Positions 37,579-45,519 of a stretch of DNA of 64,000 nt are shown in pieces (the first letter of the stretch is position 1; the number at the start of each line of letters is the position of its first letter). Origin of the DNA: a virus. The position numbers and the translations under genes were made by a program. The stretch covers positions 32,001 to 96,000 of the IMG/VR virus record IMGVR_UViG_3300036834_000211; one strand, given 5' to 3'. The notes beneath the pieces are model-generated. The model saw nothing but the letters and a program-made list of their open reading frames with translations, did not search any database and was not told where the DNA came from.

Positions 37579-37754
37579 TGCTTTCCTCCCAGTCGATTGA
37601 TTACTAAATCCATCGTCCGACGCAAGAAGTCAGCTGCTTCGACGAATCCTATGCGTCTTGCGATCTGCTCCAGATCGGCCAGCTGATCGAAGGCAGATTC
37701 CTGCGTCCGCTCCCGTTGCGGAAAACTTAGAATCTCATCTTCTGATAGAATCAT
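37575..37754 (-). CDS. Small hypothetical protein
   Basis: ATG after GGAAGGA. Confidence 0.5.
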   Translation of the reverse strand: MILSEDEILSFPQRERTQESAFDQLADLEQIARRIGFVEAADFLRRTMDLVINRLGGKQ

Positions 37755-38055
37755 AGTTGTCCTTCCACCTAATGATCCACTCGTCCCACTTTTCCGGGTC
37801 GAGTAGGGTGAACCTGCCGCTTGGCGCGACCGCGTAGATGCAGATGCCGAAGGTCCAGTCTCGTTCTCTCGCATAGCGCACTGCCCAAGGGAAGATCTTG
37901 AACCGCGTCTCCTTGCGTCCGTTGCGCAATTCGAAGACCGCGAAGTACGAGGCCCGGTCGAACACGGCGGCCATCCAGTCATACTGGGACTGTCCGAAGT
38001 CGTGCTCCGACCTGCCCCTGGGGGCTGTCAGTGGCTGTTGGTGGCTGGTGGGCAT
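37735..38055 (-). CDS. Hypothetical protein
   Basis: First ORF of the leftward block. Confidence 0.55.
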   Translation of the reverse strand: MPTSHQQPLTAPRGRSEHDFGQSQYDWMAAVFDRASYFAVFELRNGRKETRFKIFPWAVRYARERDWTFGICIYAVAPSGRFTLLDPEKWDEWIIRWKDNYDSIRR

Positions 38056-38059
38056 GTGC

Positions 38060-38190
38060 ATATAAAGGCCTGCCCTGCAGAAAATTGCAAGCGAAAATTG
38101 CACGTTTCCGCAAAAAAAAAATGCATCAAACCCCAAAATAGGGCTTGCAGTTTTCTGCAAACCTGCTACTATGCGGAGTCGGAAGGGAAT
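38060..38190. promoter_or_regulatory. Divergent control region with a sigma70-like promoter and palindromic operator
   Basis: TTGCAG-N16-TACTAT (38145-38172, with TG extension); palindrome TTGCAG-tttt-CTGCAA; repeated gaaaattgca; A10 tract. Confidence 0.65.
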
Positions 38191-38197
38191 TTGAAAG

Positions 38198-39286
38198 ATG
38201 CCAAGTCGGTCGGACGCATTATGGTATCGGAGGGAGTGGCAGCGGGAGGTGCAGCGGGCTCAGCATGTCGGCTATAGCTACTTCGGTCGTCCTCAATCAC
38301 CCGTCATCCCGTGGTACCAGGCAGAGATCGCATTCCTGAGGCGCCGGATCGAGAGCCTGGCCGTCAACCGCATCGCTCAGCAGCAGACAAGACCCGCACT
38401 GGATCTGCTGGCACACCCGGTTGCGGAAACGGCTCCCGTAGCACTCAATGTCCCATCGGAGCCGAGGCCGACGACGGATGTTCCGACGTTCGGGATTGAG
38501 ATCGAGTGCATCATGCCACAGTCGATGACCCACTCTCGATTGGCGGGCCTTCTAAGCCAAGTTGATGGGATCCAGGCCTCTGCAGAGATGTACAACCACC
38601 AATCCAGAGATTACTGGAAGATCGTAACTGACGGGTCACTGGGAGATTATAGCAGGGGTGCTGAGTTAGTCAGCCCGATCCTGCGGGGAGAAGAGGGCTT
38701 CGAGCAGGTCCGCAAGGTGTGCGGAATTCTCAATGCCAACAATGTCAAGGTAAATCGCCGGTGTGGCTTCCACGTCCACGTGGGCGCTCGAGATCGAGGA
38801 GTGTCGTTCTTCCGTAGTCTATTGATGCTCTATGCCCACTACGAGCCGGTGTTAGACACGTTGGTGTCCCCCAGTCGTCGGGCGAGTGGGAACACGTACT
38901 GCCGGTCGACAAAGGTCCTGGTTGACGGCCGCAGGCAGGAGATCGAGAGCGCGGTGGACATCGATGGGCTGACGAATGCCTATTCGAGGAGCGGACGTAA
39001 TGACCGCGGGGGTGACCACGGGAGACTTGTCAAACTTAATCTGGCCGCATACTGGCGTCACGGGACGGTCGAATTCAGACACCACCAAGGGACGGTGAAT
39101 GCTGAGAAGGCAGAGACGTGGATTCGGTTGTGCATTGCACTGGTGGAGGCCGCTGGTGCTGGCGTCGAACCCGGTGAGGAGACAATTGACGCACTGGCCG
39201 AGAAGGTTGGTATGGTTGAGACGCTACCGTACTGGCGGCGCCGGCAGTTGGAGCTGAGTCACATCCAAGTGACGGAGCGGACGTGA
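38198..39286 (+). CDS. Amidoligase (COOH-NH2 ligase type 2)
   Basis: 'TFGIEIEC', 'WK..TDGSL', 'ELVSPIL', 'CGFHVHVG', 'GTVEFRHH.GT'. Confidence 0.9.
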   Translation: MPSRSDALWYRREWQREVQRAQHVGYSYFGRPQSPVIPWYQAEIAFLRRRIESLAVNRIAQQQTRPALDLLAHPVAETAPVALNVPSEPRPTTDVPTFGIEIECIMPQSMTHSRLAGLLSQVDGIQASAEMYNHQSRDYWKIVTDGSLGDYSRGAELVSPILRGEEGFEQVRKVCGILNANNVKVNRRCGFHVHVGARDRGVSFFRSLLMLYAHYEPVLDTLVSPSRRASGNTYCRSTKVLVDGRRQEIESAVDIDGLTNAYSRSGRNDRGGDHGRLVKLNLAAYWRHGTVEFRHHQGTVNAEKAETWIRLCIALVEAAGAGVEPGEETIDALAEKVGMVETLPYWRRRQLELSHIQVTERT

Positions 39287-39534
39287 AGGAGAGTGAGATG
39301 TACAGGACGAATGATGGTGCAGTGTTACGATCGACCGAGCAGGTGGACATCGTCCGCGAGCTCCGTGAGATGTCCAACACGCCGACCGAATCTGACTCGC
39401 AGTTCATGCGGGAGACGGCCGATCGGATTCGGGCCAAGCTGGATCGGCGCGTCCGGTACCACAACGAGGTGGTGTTCGTAGCCGACCTGTTGGAGGCCGG
39501 TCTACTAATCGACGACGACAAAGGAGAAGGTTGA
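39283..39534 (+). CDS. Hypothetical protein in the amidoligase operon
   Basis: Translationally coupled between amidoligase and GGCT. Confidence 0.6.
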   Translation: MKESEMYRTNDGAVLRSTEQVDIVRELREMSNTPTESDSQFMRETADRIRAKLDRRVRYHNEVVFVADLLEAGLLIDDDKGEG

Positions 39535-40070
39535 TGTTGTACTGGGCCTACGGATCGAATCTAAGCGTCGAGGCGATGAAGAGACGCTGCCCCCGAGCCA
39601 GGAAGATCAGCAGTCTGATCCTCCCTGACGCCCGCCTGGTGTTTAGGCACGTTGCCGATGTGGAGTACCACAAGGGGGCCTCCTGCCCGGGCGGCCTGTG
39701 GAGGATCACCGAGCAGTGCGAGGCGGTGTTGGATCGCTACGAGGGAGTGCGAGGCGATCACGGACTGTACAGTAAGATCTACATCAAGCTCCAGTACAAT
39801 GGTAGGGAGCGGCGCTGTTTGATATACCAGATGAATGAAGATGGCATTGCCCCGCCGGGCGAGGGATACTTGGGAGTGATCGCACAGGGTTACATGGACT
39901 TCGACCTGGATCTGGCGCAGCTCGACGAGGCGGTGATGAGATCGTGGGGTGAGAAGAACAGGACGCCGGCAATCAACAGGCGCATTAGGAGGCGCAAGGA
40001 CAGGCCACTGGCTCGAGACGTGTTCGAGGTGGTGCTGGGCGACGGCTACGAGAGCCTAGGACGGGAATGA
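39531..40070 (+). CDS. Gamma-glutamylcyclotransferase family protein
   Basis: 'LY.AYGSNL....M..RCP.A', 'LDRYEG....Y', 'Y.M'. Confidence 0.9.
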   Translation: MMLYWAYGSNLSVEAMKRRCPRARKISSLILPDARLVFRHVADVEYHKGASCPGGLWRITEQCEAVLDRYEGVRGDHGLYSKIYIKLQYNGRERRCLIYQMNEDGIAPPGEGYLGVIAQGYMDFDLDLAQLDEAVMRSWGEKNRTPAINRRIRRRKDRPLARDVFEVVLGDGYESLGRE

Positions 40071-40071
40071 G

Positions 40072-40791
40072 ATGTCCCAGGCAGAAGCGACCGGGAGACT
40101 TAGACTGCTCAGGGCTGTCGTTGCCTCCCGCGCCGAGCTCACACACAAGATCCTGGATGCGCGCACACTCGATCGCGACGTCGAGTCCTTGGTCCGCCGG
40201 GGGTCTGAGCGTGGACGTCAGCGCGCCGCCGTTCGGCTCCGAGCCTTCCTCCCCGCGGTCTTCGAGTGGAGGCGGGTTACTAGTGGTCTGCTCGGGGCCT
40301 ACCTGGAGGCCGCTAGATATCCGATCATCCAGACGCCGTCCGACCCAGGACAGACCCAGCCCTCAGTGGCCGTGGCGTATCTCGTGCTGGGTACCGAAGA
40401 GATGCTGACCGCGACCGGGCTGTGGACCCTGGAGGTGCCGGACCACGCTCTCCGACGGGCGCTCGAGCGCGACCGCCCCGGCGACGTCGAGGGGAAGATC
40501 CGGGAGGCCCACGCGGCTCTCCTGAGGGCCTCGATCGACAGGAGGCCGCCAATCGGCGGCGAGTTCCTGATACCGACCTCCGGGCCTGGGGTGTTCGTGG
40601 CCGAGTGGATTCCAGGCAAGCTGAGGTCGAATGGCAAGCACATGGTGTACGCCCGCGCCCGAACTTGGCTGCACGACGACCAGCTCTCCTCGAGCCAGGC
40701 CCGCCAGGTGCTCTCATCCGCTGCGAGTGGGGAGGCGTCCCTGTACGACGCTGGACTGCTGACCCCGGTGGTACTTAGAAAGCAACTTTGA
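40072..40791 (+). CDS. Hypothetical protein
   Basis: Long ORF with coding-like composition; 'HALRR.LER'. Confidence 0.6.
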   Translation: MSQAEATGRLRLLRAVVASRAELTHKILDARTLDRDVESLVRRGSERGRQRAAVRLRAFLPAVFEWRRVTSGLLGAYLEAARYPIIQTPSDPGQTQPSVAVAYLVLGTEEMLTATGLWTLEVPDHALRRALERDRPGDVEGKIREAHAALLRASIDRRPPIGGEFLIPTSGPGVFVAEWIPGKLRSNGKHMVYARARTWLHDDQLSSSQARQVLSSAASGEASLYDAGLLTPVVLRKQL

Positions 40792-40887
40792 GGCTCTCAC
40801 ATGCAGATTAGGGTCCCTGCGTATGCAAGGTAGCACTCGTCTTCTCAATCAAGCTGGACGGCACGCTCCGTCCAGCGCTGGCTCGAT
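40778..40887 (-). repeat. Dispersed intergenic element copy 3 (inverted)
   Basis: 40822-40887 aligns ungapped with 62893-62958; internal hairpin gctggacgg/ccgtccagc. Confidence 0.85.
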
Positions 40888-40904
40888 CGTCGAGGTATCC
40901 TAAA

Positions 40905-41318
40905 TTGGAACGTTACGTTATCTACGAAATTATCGGACGAAAAGTAGGATGCTGTAAGAATCTTAAAAAGCGTATTCGATGGTACGAGAGGATAGAAGGT
41001 AAGGCTCCTAAGACTATAGTTCTAGAAATCTTCTATGGAAAAACAGACCAAGAAGCAGGTGATCGAGAATGGTATTGGGCTGATAAACGAGGTTACTCAC
41101 GCGGAAAACATTATTCAGTAAGAAATGGTCTTAATACCGGTATAGTCGGTAGAATTGGCGCTCGCCGTCTTACGGAAATAACAACTTCCAAAGAACGATC
41201 TAAATGGGCTCGTAAAGGAGGGTTTCGACAGAAAATACAATGTCCTAATTGCGGTAAGATAGGAGGATTAGCTCCTATGAAGCGCTGGCACTTTGACAAC
41301 TGCCAGCATAAGTACTAA
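40905..41318 (+). CDS. AT-rich putative homing-endonuclease-like protein (GIY-YIG-like N-terminus, C-terminal zinc finger)
   Basis: 'YVIY.....KVG.......R', conserved E; 'CPNCGK.G....MKRWHFDNC'; low GC. Confidence 0.6.
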   Translation: MERYVIYEIIGRKVGCCKNLKKRIRWYERIEGKAPKTIVLEIFYGKTDQEAGDREWYWADKRGYSRGKHYSVRNGLNTGIVGRIGARRLTEITTSKERSKWARKGGFRQKIQCPNCGKIGGLAPMKRWHFDNCQHKY

Positions 41319-42232
41319 TGAGTATTACAGACATCTATATTCGCTACGGTGTACCACACCGAATCGACGCAGGTCGGGGCGGGTGGGTCTCGACCCACTG
41401 TCCCTTCTGCACCGGCAGTGCCGACTACCACCTGGGATTCAGTCTCGAGCACTCGTACTTCCGCTGTTGGCGGTGCGGATGGCACGACGCTATCTCGACG
41501 TTGTCGAGCCTATGTCACGTAGACCGCAGCGCGGCGTTCGACATCTACCAATCAATCAGATCCGGTCCCAGCGGTCCCGTCCGCGGTGCCAAGGACAAGG
41601 AAGCGCAGGTCAGGGTCAACCTGTCCCTGTACAAGCGTCCCCCGGGCGTCGACTCGATGGCGACTAACCACCGACACTACCTCGAGGGTCGAGGATTCGA
41701 CCCAGATCAGATCGAGCGCGAGTGGGGGGTGATGGGGACGGGGCCGATGTCGTACCTCGACTGGATCGACTACCGATTCAGGCTCTTCATCCCCGTGCGG
41801 TGGAACGACGAGGAGGTGTCCTTCCAGACCCGCGACGTGACGGGCAAGTCCGATCGCAAGTACATCGCCTGCCCGACCGAGCGCGAGATCAAGCACCACA
41901 AGTACGTCCTCTACGGTCGGCAGGAGTGCTGGGGCGAGACCGGGATCGTCGTCGAGGGAGTCACCGACGTCTGGCGCTTGGGACCGAGGGCCTGCGCCAC
42001 ATTCGGCATCCAGTACACCGCCGAGCAGGTGGCCGTCATCGCCCGGGCGTTCCGGCGCGTCGCGATAGTGTTCGATTCGGAGCGTCAGGCGCAGGCGCAG
42101 GCGAGGAAGCTCGCAGCCCAGCTGCGCCTGTGGCTTGAGACCCCACCGATCGTGGTGGACTTGGGAGCAGGCGTTGACCCAGGATCTATGAAGCAAGATG
42201 ACGCGGATCACCTGGTGAGGGAATTGACATGA
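41318..42232 (+). CDS. DNA primase (zinc finger plus TOPRIM)
   Basis: 'CPFC...CWRCG', 'IVVEGVTDV', 'FD', 'DPG'. Confidence 0.85.
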   Translation: MSITDIYIRYGVPHRIDAGRGGWVSTHCPFCTGSADYHLGFSLEHSYFRCWRCGWHDAISTLSSLCHVDRSAAFDIYQSIRSGPSGPVRGAKDKEAQVRVNLSLYKRPPGVDSMATNHRHYLEGRGFDPDQIEREWGVMGTGPMSYLDWIDYRFRLFIPVRWNDEEVSFQTRDVTGKSDRKYIACPTEREIKHHKYVLYGRQECWGETGIVVEGVTDVWRLGPRACATFGIQYTAEQVAVIARAFRRVAIVFDSERQAQAQARKLAAQLRLWLETPPIVVDLGAGVDPGSMKQDDADHLVRELT

Positions 42233-42414
42233 ATGAAGATGTCTTAAAGGAGCACTTAACCAGAACTAGAGATCTGCTGTGCGAGGCGAGGCAGTATGTC
42301 GAGATCGTCTACAACGAGACGTCTCATGGCCCAGTCGGTGGCAGTGCTCGGCGGGACATGGAAATCTTATTGAGAAATATCGACGAGGCACTAGATAACC
42401 GGTACGGAGTGTGA
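42229..42414 (+). CDS. Small hypothetical protein
   Basis: ATGA overlap with primase. Confidence 0.5.
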   Translation: MNEDVLKEHLTRTRDLLCEARQYVEIVYNETSHGPVGGSARRDMEILLRNIDEALDNRYGV

Positions 42415-42415
42415 G

Positions 42416-42790
42416 ATGAATGTGGGTGGCATCGTCGGCCTCGGCACCGTCAGCCTGATCGTCGGCGGACTCTGTGCCGCCGTGCTATGGCCGGCGCTGC
42501 AGCAGCGGCACCGCGCGGAAACGCTACCTCCGTCGCCTCCGTACATCACGCAGTGGAGCAGTCGGCTGACCGATCCTGTAACCGCGAGCCTCATGGCTGA
42601 GTGGGAGTCTGCACACCAGCAGGATGTTGCGGACCATCCGGCGTCTACGTCTCGTGCTGACCCCTCGACGCTGAGGATGGTCTCGCGTCCGGGTCGCCAC
42701 CGCCGACATCATCCTCAGCAGTACTTCCCCCATGCCGCCCCCGGTCAGGATGCCGAGACCCGGAGACTGAACCTGGAGCAGGCAAGATGA
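42416..42790 (+). CDS. Membrane-anchored hypothetical protein
   Basis: N-terminal hydrophobic segment. Confidence 0.55.
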   Translation: MNVGGIVGLGTVSLIVGGLCAAVLWPALQQRHRAETLPPSPPYITQWSSRLTDPVTASLMAEWESAHQQDVADHPASTSRADPSTLRMVSRPGRHRRHHPQQYFPHAAPGQDAETRRLNLEQAR

Positions 42791-42852
42791 AGAACTCTAG
42801 ATGCGCTGGTGGGCTATTGCAACCCACTTCGTTTTATGCTTATCCTATACAT

Positions 42853-43370
42853 GCGAATGGCGCGAAGGTGTGAGCCTCCACGCCATTCTGGATCGATTTA
42901 CCGGACCGAACGGCGAATGATCCTGGGCAAATATAGCTTCCCCCTCCGGAAGTTGCAAGCCCCAAGGACCCCATTCAAAGTTAGGCTCGGTAGGTGGCTC
43001 CAAATCGATAGCCACTCTGGCGTGTTCAGATACGATCGTGCGAACGAATCGTTGGGGGAACGTAACGCGTGGCACCAGGCACACAAATGATCGCTCTCCT
43101 CACCCGAGAGCGGGCCGGAAGTCGTTCTGCTCGCGACGACCGGGGGACAAGCGTCATGGCGTACGTCCGGGGATCACTGCGACAGGTCCAACCTGCCAAA
43201 TCCTTGGAACAGCCAGGAGGGGGTGCATAAATGAGGTACAGCGTGACCGCCTCAACCGACCGGATTAAATTCGGCAACGGTGCACCTGGGAGCAGATTTG
43301 CTACTATTTTCAAATAGTTAGTAAAGACACCCTCTTCCGCCTTCGGGCGGAAGTGTGTGCTACTTTTCTT
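42853..43370 (+). ncRNA. Candidate large structured non-coding RNA
   Basis: More than 10 consecutive hairpins including GCGA and cUUCGg loops; upstream TTGCAA-N18-TATCCT; downstream T run; no convincing ORF. Confidence 0.5.
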
Positions 43371-43544
43371 AGCTTTCTAAGTAAGCTAAGCCTAGGCTTT
43401 TGATTGTATCACGCGCACGCGCGCGTCCTCAGTTTGCGAAATTCGACAATTTTTTCTTCGGTAGTCGGATTTTCTGGGCCGGCCACCGGTATATTCTACT
43501 GGGAAGTGGGCTGCGGTAGCCTGATTTTCGGGTGAGGTAGTGAG

Positions 43545-43766
43545 ATGATTAGGGACCAGTTCAATCGTCGACTCTGCAGGACGATCCAGGACTACTGGGC
43601 CCGTCGGGGATACGTCGTGAGGGTCGATCCAGTGAGTGGTCCCTACCGGTGCGCCGAGGGCTTCCCGATCGGGGAGATCGTTAGCGACCTGGGGCCGACG
43701 GGGTTCCCCAGCCGTCGGGTGCATCAGGCGGGTGGTGCCACCCTCGCGTTGAGAGCGGGTGACTGA
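43545..43766 (+). CDS. Small hypothetical protein
   Basis: RBS GAGG; 'I.DYW..RGY.V.V' pattern. Confidence 0.55.
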   Translation: MIRDQFNRRLCRTIQDYWARRGYVVRVDPVSGPYRCAEGFPIGEIVSDLGPTGFPSRRVHQAGGATLALRAGD

Positions 43767-44421
43767 GATGGTACTGTCCGACATCGAGATACTGACCAGG
43801 CGCGCGGCCGGTGAGATCGTCATCGACCCGTTCGACCCGGCCGACCTCGGTAGCGCGAGCTACGATGTCAGGTTGGGAGAGCACTACTACGAGGCGTCAA
43901 CAGACGTGAGTAGGATCTACAACATCTACAGCGAGTCCGACGTTAGGCGCGTCTGGGTCGGTCCCAAGATGGCCTGCGCGGTTCGCGATCTTAAGGACCT
44001 GTGTCCGGGCGCCGACTGGTCCAACATCCGCGACGACGATCGGATCGTCATGCTCGGACCCAGGGCCAACCTGCTGTGTCACACCCGGGAGTTCATCGGC
44101 GCGCGCCGCGGCAGTACCACGATGATGAAGGCTCGTTCGTCGATCGGGCGCAGTCTGGTTAACGTCTGCCAGTGCGCCGGGATGGGCGACGTGGGCTACT
44201 TCAACCGCTGGACGATGGAGATCCACAACCGGAGTGACTATTGGATCCCCCTAGTGGCCGGCCGGCGCGTCGCCCAGATCGTCTTCCTGGAGACCGGAGA
44301 GACCGAGAGGGTGTATATCAGCAAGTACCAAGGGACCGACGACCTGGAATGCCTCGTTCGATCGTGGGCACCGGAGTCGATGCTGCCAGGATTGGACAAG
44401 GATCGGGACGTCAGGTCGTGA
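43759..44421 (+). CDS. dcd: dCTP deaminase
   Basis: 'LSD..I', 'SYDVRLG', 'ARSS.GR', 'AG..DVGY...WTMEI', 'R.AQIVF'. Confidence 0.85.
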   Translation: MTEMVLSDIEILTRRAAGEIVIDPFDPADLGSASYDVRLGEHYYEASTDVSRIYNIYSESDVRRVWVGPKMACAVRDLKDLCPGADWSNIRDDDRIVMLGPRANLLCHTREFIGARRGSTTMMKARSSIGRSLVNVCQCAGMGDVGYFNRWTMEIHNRSDYWIPLVAGRRVAQIVFLETGETERVYISKYQGTDDLECLVRSWAPESMLPGLDKDRDVRS

Positions 44422-44448
44422 CTAGACCAATTTAAGGGAGGAAAAGAA

Positions 44449-44787
44449 ATGAGGAGGAGGGCTGCGCCGGAGGAGTACTGGATCCAGCGCGACGGCACCA
44501 AGATTGCCGTCGGCGACATGGACATCGGTCACCTCCGTAACACGCTGCGCATGATCATTCGGAAGGCGCGCAAGCACCGCGAGAGACAGCAGACTGTGGA
44601 CGAGATGTTCTGCTTCCCGGACCCCTCAATCTGGGACAGGCATTGGGACTACAAGGACGCCAGCGACGCCCAGGCGTATCGGGACCTGGCCAATCCGAAC
44701 GTCTTGTTCCCGCTGCTCGACGGTGGCGTTAGGGGTAGCCCTGCGCTACAGGCCAAGTACGGTAAGGGAGTGTTCGATCGCGACTGA
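44449..44787 (+). CDS. Hypothetical phage protein
   Basis: 'W...DG.KI.V.DM...HL.N.L.M' phage motif. Confidence 0.6.
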   Translation: MRRRAAPEEYWIQRDGTKIAVGDMDIGHLRNTLRMIIRKARKHRERQQTVDEMFCFPDPSIWDRHWDYKDASDAQAYRDLANPNVLFPLLDGGVRGSPALQAKYGKGVFDRD

Positions 44788-44799
44788 CTGGGGCTCCTC

Positions 44800-45519
44800 G
44801 TGCGCACGATCACGTCGTTTCCGAATCATCAGGTCCGCCGACGCGAGGAATTCCCCCGCACTGCCGACTTCGTACGCGACCGCTCGAGGATACTGGCTGC
44901 CGTGTGCGAGTCCCTCGCTCAGGCTAGACTTGCTCGTTTCAATCGATCCACTCCACCCGAGCACTCGGCTAGTTGCGTAAAGTACCTGGAGAAGCTGAGG
45001 AGCGAGTTGGGACCTCCCCACCCGCTCCTCCGGATTCTCGACGTGGTTCGGTGGTACGAGGCTCACTGGCACGAGGGTCTCGTGCCATGGGTGGAGGGTG
45101 GCCCATCTCTCTACTCAAAGTTTAGTCGCCTGGAGGCGATCATGCTCGACCGTACACGTCAGGAGCCTACGACTACGGTTGACGAAGTCCTGACCAATCT
45201 GTTCAACGGTAGTAAGATTGTATCCGAGGCGTTCAAGTCGGACATATTGGTCCGCGCTAAGAGACTGAGCCTCGGGAGCGTGAGTGAAGTCGACTTGATG
45301 ACCCGGTTGGGTGAGCTCTATGGTAGCATACGTGCCGCGCGCGTACCGGAGGCAGCCGGTCCGATAGATCTCCTGCGACGGTACATCAATTGGCTGAGCG
45401 AGAAGGATTGGCAGATGACGATGCGCGTGTTGAGCACTAGTAGTCCCGCCTTCCAGCAGTTCAGGCGCGAGGAGGCCTCATTGCATCCACTCGGCGCCGA
45501 TCCGCTGACTGGAAGATGA
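44800..45519 (+). CDS. Hypothetical protein upstream of helicase (possible loader/initiator)
   Basis: Coupled to the helicase start; function inferred from position only. Confidence 0.5.
   Translation: MRTITSFPNHQVRRREEFPRTADFVRDRSRILAAVCESLAQARLARFNRSTPPEHSASCVKYLEKLRSELGPPHPLLRILDVVRWYEAHWHEGLVPWVEGGPSLYSKFSRLEAIMLDRTRQEPTTTVDEVLTNLFNGSKIVSEAFKSDILVRAKRLSLGSVSEVDLMTRLGELYGSIRAARVPEAAGPIDLLRRYINWLSEKDWQMTMRVLSTSSPAFQQFRREEASLHPLGADPLTGR

Noticed and set aside
42809-43313. Short ORFs 42809-43090, 42845-43084, 43038-43268 and 43026-43313 as genes
   Set aside because: No clear RBS, atypical composition and mutual overlap; better explained by RNA structure
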